IMG/VR virus record: IMGVR_UViG_3300025635_000008 | Location: 1-38,967 of that record | DNA from: a virus | Taxonomy: Duplodnaviria; Caudoviricetes | Reading direction: 5' to 3' (one strand) | Length of the DNA stretch: 38,967 bases | Shown here: piece by piece, positions 34,391 to 38,967 of the stretch | Layout of the letters: each line of letters opens with the position of its first letter | How positions within the stretch are numbered: position 1 is the first letter of the stretch | Program-made: the position numbers and the translations under genes | Notes under the pieces: generated by a model | Database searches by the model: none | Told to the model about the DNA's origin: nothing | What the model saw: only the letters and a program-made list of their open reading frames with translations

Positions 34391-36282
34391 GCGCTTGTAT
34401 CAGGCATCTGTACGCTTGATGTCGGCACTTGTCCTACGGGTGTCGGCATCATGTTCGTAGCTCCTGATCCTCCCATTTCTTCAGACATTTCTCCCGCGTT
34501 CTGATTAGCCAAACCAGGCTGATTCTGATTTTGTCTCATATTTCTTTCCATAACATCCATTACACTTGGCGGAGTATTAATTAAACGTGGATTCATTCCG
34601 AAATTTCTCATTATCTCTTCTGTTGTAGGTTTAACAGCATTAATCGAAGAAGGTAGGAATTGTCGAATAGAAGTCAAAATCTGTAAGAACTGCAATAGGT
34701 TTCTCTGTCTCTCCGGCCTAAAATCTTTATCTGTTACAACCTTAATGATAAATCCAACAGAAATAGGCAACATATCTCTTGTAACGTACAAGGGCTTTTT
34801 TTCTCCTGTCATCCCAACCCAAATACCCTCATCAAGATGGTTCAAATTGTTGATATGAGCTGTATCAAGATGCTCACGCAATACCTCACCAATAATCTCT
34901 GCATGAACTCCGGCACTTCTAATAGCTTCTGTCTGTGAGATAGCCGCTTCCGTAGCAGAATTAGCAGAATTGGCCTGGGCCTGAAGATTGGTTTGCGCTC
35001 CTACAATGTTTCTAAAATCTTCACGCCTCATATTAATCATTGCAATTGCCTGCTGTAATACTCTTGGATCGCCAACAATAGGAGCCAACTGATTAATATC
35101 TTCAAGCTCGACCATCTTCAATGGTTCAGCAACAAACTGTTTCTGATCATATCCTGAATATTTACCTACTTTCATCATGTTCAATACGTCGAACATCAAC
35201 TTGTCGTCAGCCATGCTCTCCAAAACGTCCATGTTTCTTTGAAGTTTCCGGCCCAACGCGCCAACTCCATACCCGTACGGCTCATTTTCAAATTCTTTAT
35301 AAGTACAAGCCTTAAATCTTGTCCGCCAATCGCCATACTGTGTCATGTGAAACTTCGCAACGTCAGTCCCATCCAAAATACCTACAGACCAATCAACAAA
35401 TTTAGGATCTCTATCAAGTCCCATAGATTCGGCATAGGCATTTATCACGGAATTGTCTTCTAACCGTCCATGATAGTTAAGGTTCTCAAAAACATTCGCA
35501 TTGTTGTCGTAATATCCTGCACGAGCGCGGCTCTGCTGTAACCTTGTATAAGTCTGACCGCTGCCATGTCCTACTCCGAACTCCTGAATATGTTTTTCAA
35601 CCAAATCTACGTCCCAAAACTCTGTCGATTGGCTAGAAAGATTACGCAACATCCATTTGCTAACAAAATCAATCGTGAATATAAAATCAGAATCGTAAAT
35701 GTCGCAAACAGCAGTATCAAATCCAGTAAGCAACAAAGATCGCGGAACAAAATCAGTAAACTCTATGTTCTTTCTTCCAAATCCATGAGGCAAAGAAACA
35801 AAAGGCTCCTCGGCTATCCCTGTTCCATACAAAGAAATAGAACGTAAGAACTTTAAAAGCTTCTTCTTAAACTTGGAAACCCTTTGCTGTTCACGAAGTA
35901 TGCCTTCTGTCGCATAAATCTCAGTCTCGCTTACAGGTTGACCCATTGAACCAAGTCCCATAGCTACAGCCTCAAAATAGGGATCAGAAGCAGTCAGCAT
36001 CCTTTGCCAAACTGTCGCCAATGTCTCAGTTCCTCTGTGCGTCTCTCCACTCTTAGAGTCAAATAAAGTTTTTGTTTCCTTCTTTTTCCCAGACTTCGGC
36101 CTAATTCTCCATGAATCAGCCGTTGTAAACATCTCTTCAAATTTACTTGAACTCCTAGTTTCCCAAGTCGTTACCTTGTCCATAATCTCAGACTGTATCT
36201 TCTCAAGATCAGCCTTGTTCTGCTCAGCCAATACAAATGGTTTCGGAATGATTATGTTAAAACTAGGATTCACAGGCATCAA
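34387..36282 (-). CDS. Portal protein
   Basis: 631 aa after TerL; LYGTGIA, PYGYGVG..LQRNMD, SATEA, Q/P/G-rich tail. Confidence 0.85.
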   Translation of the reverse strand: MMPVNPSFNIIIPKPFVLAEQNKADLEKIQSEIMDKVTTWETRSSSKFEEMFTTADSWRIRPKSGKKKETKTLFDSKSGETHRGTETLATVWQRMLTASDPYFEAVAMGLGSMGQPVSETEIYATEGILREQQRVSKFKKKLLKFLRSISLYGTGIAEEPFVSLPHGFGRKNIEFTDFVPRSLLLTGFDTAVCDIYDSDFIFTIDFVSKWMLRNLSSQSTEFWDVDLVEKHIQEFGVGHGSGQTYTRLQQSRARAGYYDNNANVFENLNYHGRLEDNSVINAYAESMGLDRDPKFVDWSVGILDGTDVAKFHMTQYGDWRTRFKACTYKEFENEPYGYGVGALGRKLQRNMDVLESMADDKLMFDVLNMMKVGKYSGYDQKQFVAEPLKMVELEDINQLAPIVGDPRVLQQAIAMINMRREDFRNIVGAQTNLQAQANSANSATEAAISQTEAIRSAGVHAEIIGEVLREHLDTAHINNLNHLDEGIWVGMTGEKKPLYVTRDMLPISVGFIIKVVTDKDFRPERQRNLLQFLQILTSIRQFLPSSINAVKPTTEEIMRNFGMNPRLINTPPSVMDVMERNMRQNQNQPGLANQNAGEMSEEMGGSGATNMMPTPVGQVPTSSVQMPDTSA

Positions 36283-37625
36283 TAACTCCTTACCGCTTCC
36301 ATATATTTGTTCCTGTACGCTTCCTTCTGATTGAACATCGCGCTGTTAAGATTAAACGTCAATGGATTTTTCTTAACTTCAATAGAACTCTCATTCAAAT
36401 CCTTAAACTTAAACATCAAATCATGTACACGCACAGCCATATACCTTAAAACGTCAGGACAATCGTCGTCTGTCTTGTCCGTCCATTGCAATTCTTTCAA
36501 CTGTTTAATCAAAATTCGGCATTTGGGATTAATCACAATCACATCCTTCTTTAAAAACATCTTCAAAATGTTATATCCACGCTTATTGTTATCCCCAGCT
36601 ATGCACGGAACCCCATTCTTGTTAAACTCCTGAATGTCAGGCACTAATGTCACAGAATTCCTCTTGTGAAGCGAAGGATCACATACCGTCCACTCCACCC
36701 TCTTATCCATCGTCTTGCGCTTAATCACATCACAACTCTCTTCAATCGTATGGTCACTCTTCACATACTCGTCTTCGATATAAATCTTCTTGTTCTTGTC
36801 ATCTACATACCCAAATAAGCATACCGTCGGATGACTTATCCCCCAGTCAATACCACGCACATATAAAGATGAAGGATCAGGAATATACTCCTTAACTTGC
36901 CGCTCATAAGAAAACTCACCGTAAACATTCCCAGCAAACGCGCTCTCGTTCGCCAAATACTCCACTCCCCAAGCATCGTCCGTGTTATCTTTCCTGATCT
37001 CCTCAATCTGATCTCGGCTCAGCGTCGGATTATCATAAATCGTGAAATGCCATGCGTCCCACTCTTTATTCCCACTATCTCTCTTCCGCAACGCTTCCTG
37101 ATAAAATTCAGGATACCAGTCTTCAATGTTCTTTCCCATTGTCTCAACGGGATTGATTGGGGACGAAATGAACCACGCAAATCCTGGCTTTTCTCCATTG
37201 CTACCCAAAAGTTGTCCACGCAAAATGTTGTTCCAAATATATTTATTTATATATGCGCACTCATCTAAAACTACTCCATCCAATTTAGGACCACGTAGAG
37301 AATCCTCGTTGTCCGCACCAATCAACTGAATACTTGCATCGTTAATCAAAGTAATTAAAAGCTCATTCTCAACCATTCTCTTTATATATTGATGTGGAAT
37401 TAACTTCTTAAATTCCCTCCATGCAATATTCTTACATTGGCGGTACGTGGGAGAAATATACCAGAAGACACCACCAGGCTTGAGTCCAGCCGCTTGCGTT
37501 AAGGAAAATATAGCCCATCGACTTTTTCCAAAACGCTTACCACATTTCGCAACTTTGTAAAGTGCGGGGCTGTCATGTATCCTCCTCTGATTTTCATGCA
37601 AAACAAAATCTAGTTTAACTTCCAT
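36279..37625 (-). CDS. terL: Terminase large subunit
   Basis: CGKRFGKS Walker A, SLRGPKLDGVVLDE Walker B, GIDWG and DDCPDVLRY nuclease motifs; start by TGATG coupling. Confidence 0.95.
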   Translation of the reverse strand: MEVKLDFVLHENQRRIHDSPALYKVAKCGKRFGKSRWAIFSLTQAAGLKPGGVFWYISPTYRQCKNIAWREFKKLIPHQYIKRMVENELLITLINDASIQLIGADNEDSLRGPKLDGVVLDECAYINKYIWNNILRGQLLGSNGEKPGFAWFISSPINPVETMGKNIEDWYPEFYQEALRKRDSGNKEWDAWHFTIYDNPTLSRDQIEEIRKDNTDDAWGVEYLANESAFAGNVYGEFSYERQVKEYIPDPSSLYVRGIDWGISHPTVCLFGYVDDKNKKIYIEDEYVKSDHTIEESCDVIKRKTMDKRVEWTVCDPSLHKRNSVTLVPDIQEFNKNGVPCIAGDNNKRGYNILKMFLKKDVIVINPKCRILIKQLKELQWTDKTDDDCPDVLRYMAVRVHDLMFKFKDLNESSIEVKKNPLTFNLNSAMFNQKEAYRNKYMEAVRSY

Positions 37626-38086
37626 CAGATTGCCTTTAGCATCTCCATTTTGTGTGGGCAACTACCATACTTGCCTTTAGCAAAATTACAGTTCATGCAA
37701 AGAAGCTGGAACCTATTTTGGGGATATCCATTCCTCTTTAACCATTGATAAATACTCGACTGCCCAATTTCTTTCCTATGCTTATTCCCATTCTCACTAA
37801 TGTGATCTATTGTCAAAAACTCGAATTTGTTCTCACCACAACAGATACACTTCCCGCCGTAATTGAAAATAACTTCATTTTTTAATGATCTCACATAATT
37901 ATCGTTATATATCTTTACGTGTTCACTATGATCTTTATTCCAAACATCTCTACGAATAGAATCACAACTTTTACAAAACGAATGGAATCCGTTATATCTT
38001 GATCCCCTGTGAAAATTAGAAATATCTAGGTGCTGTCGGCATATAGAACACCAAGAATATCCAATAGGGCTTGTAATCTTTTTCAT
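37625..38086 (-). CDS. HNH endonuclease with an N-terminal Zn finger
   Basis: CSIC...CKSC, CICCG..LTIDHI...LLCMNCN. Confidence 0.85.
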   Translation of the reverse strand: MKKITSPIGYSWCSICRQHLDISNFHRGSRYNGFHSFCKSCDSIRRDVWNKDHSEHVKIYNDNYVRSLKNEVIFNYGGKCICCGENKFEFLTIDHISENGNKHRKEIGQSSIYQWLKRNGYPQNRFQLLCMNCNFAKGKYGSCPHKMEMLKAI

Positions 38087-38161
38087 ATAAATTGTGGGGC
38101 AAAGCACCAGACCTTAGATTAGTTTAAGTTGCTTCTAGTCTCTGCCCCTTACAAAAGGAAA

Positions 38162-38220
38162 CCGCCACCACAGCTAAGTTCCCCAAATTTGTATTCAGGA
38201 ACCTGATTCCGTGGTGGCGG
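38162..38220. other. Long stem-loop between TerS and HNH
   Basis: Perfect ccgccaccac/gtggtggcgg plus inner gttcc/ggaac. Confidence 0.6.
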
Positions 38221-38273
38221 ATTTTTTATACTTCTAAAATATACTTCTTACTTACATGGCTTCTTCGGCTTCA

Positions 38274-38753
38274 TTATCCCCTCTCCGTAAAATTAATCTG
38301 CAAATTAGTATTAAATTGACTCGGCTGCTCCCATCCCTTATACTTCGCTATCAAATTCATACCGTACAAATCCCCATCCTTCAATCGACACCCTTCCTTC
38401 CCCTGCAAATGATCCGTCATCACCTTAAACCACCTCTCCTTCGTCCACCCTGCATATACCCCACTCTCCTCCACCTTCTCCATCAACCACTCCTGTATAT
38501 GCCCCTTCATTAACCACCGCCGGCAACTCTGCCATGTGAAATTAAACCCTTCCTTCCTCAACATCCTCTCACATTCACGATAATTCCTAGTCCTCAAATA
38601 CGTGTCCGCCACAATCCATTCCTTCTTACTCAAATAAAATGTCTTACCCGTCCTCCATATATACGCCGTAGTAACCGATCTGTCTACTTCCTTTCCCTTA
38701 ACCTCTGATATACTCCTACCAGAACCATTCACCTCTATATTCGTATCACTCAT
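38274..38753 (-). CDS. Probable terminase small subunit
   Basis: Position upstream of TerL, HTH-like middle, C-terminal NLIAKYKGW...LQINF. Confidence 0.65.
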   Translation of the reverse strand: MSDTNIEVNGSGRSISEVKGKEVDRSVTTAYIWRTGKTFYLSKKEWIVADTYLRTRNYRECERMLRKEGFNFTWQSCRRWLMKGHIQEWLMEKVEESGVYAGWTKERWFKVMTDHLQGKEGCRLKDGDLYGMNLIAKYKGWEQPSQFNTNLQINFTERG

Positions 38754-38879
38754 CTATATTTACCTATCTCCACTATTCCATATCCCAGACTCTTTAATGT
38801 AGATATGGCATCAATATCCTCAAATTGAATGATTGAACCATTCTTCAATAAAATCTGATTTTCCTCTCCGCTAGTGGAT

Positions 38880-38967
38880 TGAAATGATTTCAAATCAACT
38901 CTCTCAATCAAGCTCCCCTCCGTACGGGTGGGGGCCTCTTTCCATGCAATCTTCTTGCCAATCGCCC
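38880..38967. repeat. Terminal direct repeat, copy 2
   Basis: Identical to 1-88. Confidence 0.95.

Noticed and set aside
22303-38513. Many + strand ORFs within the late arm, and - strand ORFs within the early arm
   Set aside because: They are antisense shadows of well-supported genes with no SD or motif support
38790-38860. ILLKNGSIIQF in the junction ORF as a terminase fragment
   Set aside because: The resemblance to the TerL strand ITLINDASIQL is too short to support homology
1-38967. Alternative genetic code (stop codon reassignment)
   Set aside because: Core genes are full length in code 11, and TAA, TGA and TAG all end genes with normal overlaps

Overview
This window is an apparently complete, circularly assembled ~38.9-kb tailed-phage genome with a podovirus-like (P22/T7-style) morphogenesis layout. 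Bases 1-88 are identical to 38880-38967, and an ORF reads through the junction. The + arm (2.0-16.7 kb) carries early and accessory genes: ArdC-like, LPD29, an outer-membrane beta-barrel, ERF, YqaJ exonuclease, NinG, RusA, many small Zn-finger ORFs, and a B12-radical SAM plus polytopic membrane protein cassette. It ends in a broken tyrosine integrase next to an attP-like region containing the 5' half of tRNA-Ser(GGA). The - arm carries TerS, HNH, TerL, portal, a glycosyltransferase, scaffold, capsid, adaptor, tail nozzle, three ejection proteins, tail fibres and a lysis region. The most striking observation is that five or six morphogenesis-operon proteins, including the tail nozzle and tail fibre, begin with Sec-type signal peptides, while the core head proteins do not. 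This suggests virion parts that are exported and assembled or added outside the cytoplasm. Also notable are an in-frame OMP::integrase fusion, no recognisable replication or repressor genes, several gene remnants, and a set of intergenic structured RNA candidates with similar architecture. All assignments come from reading motifs and synteny by eye; no searches were run.
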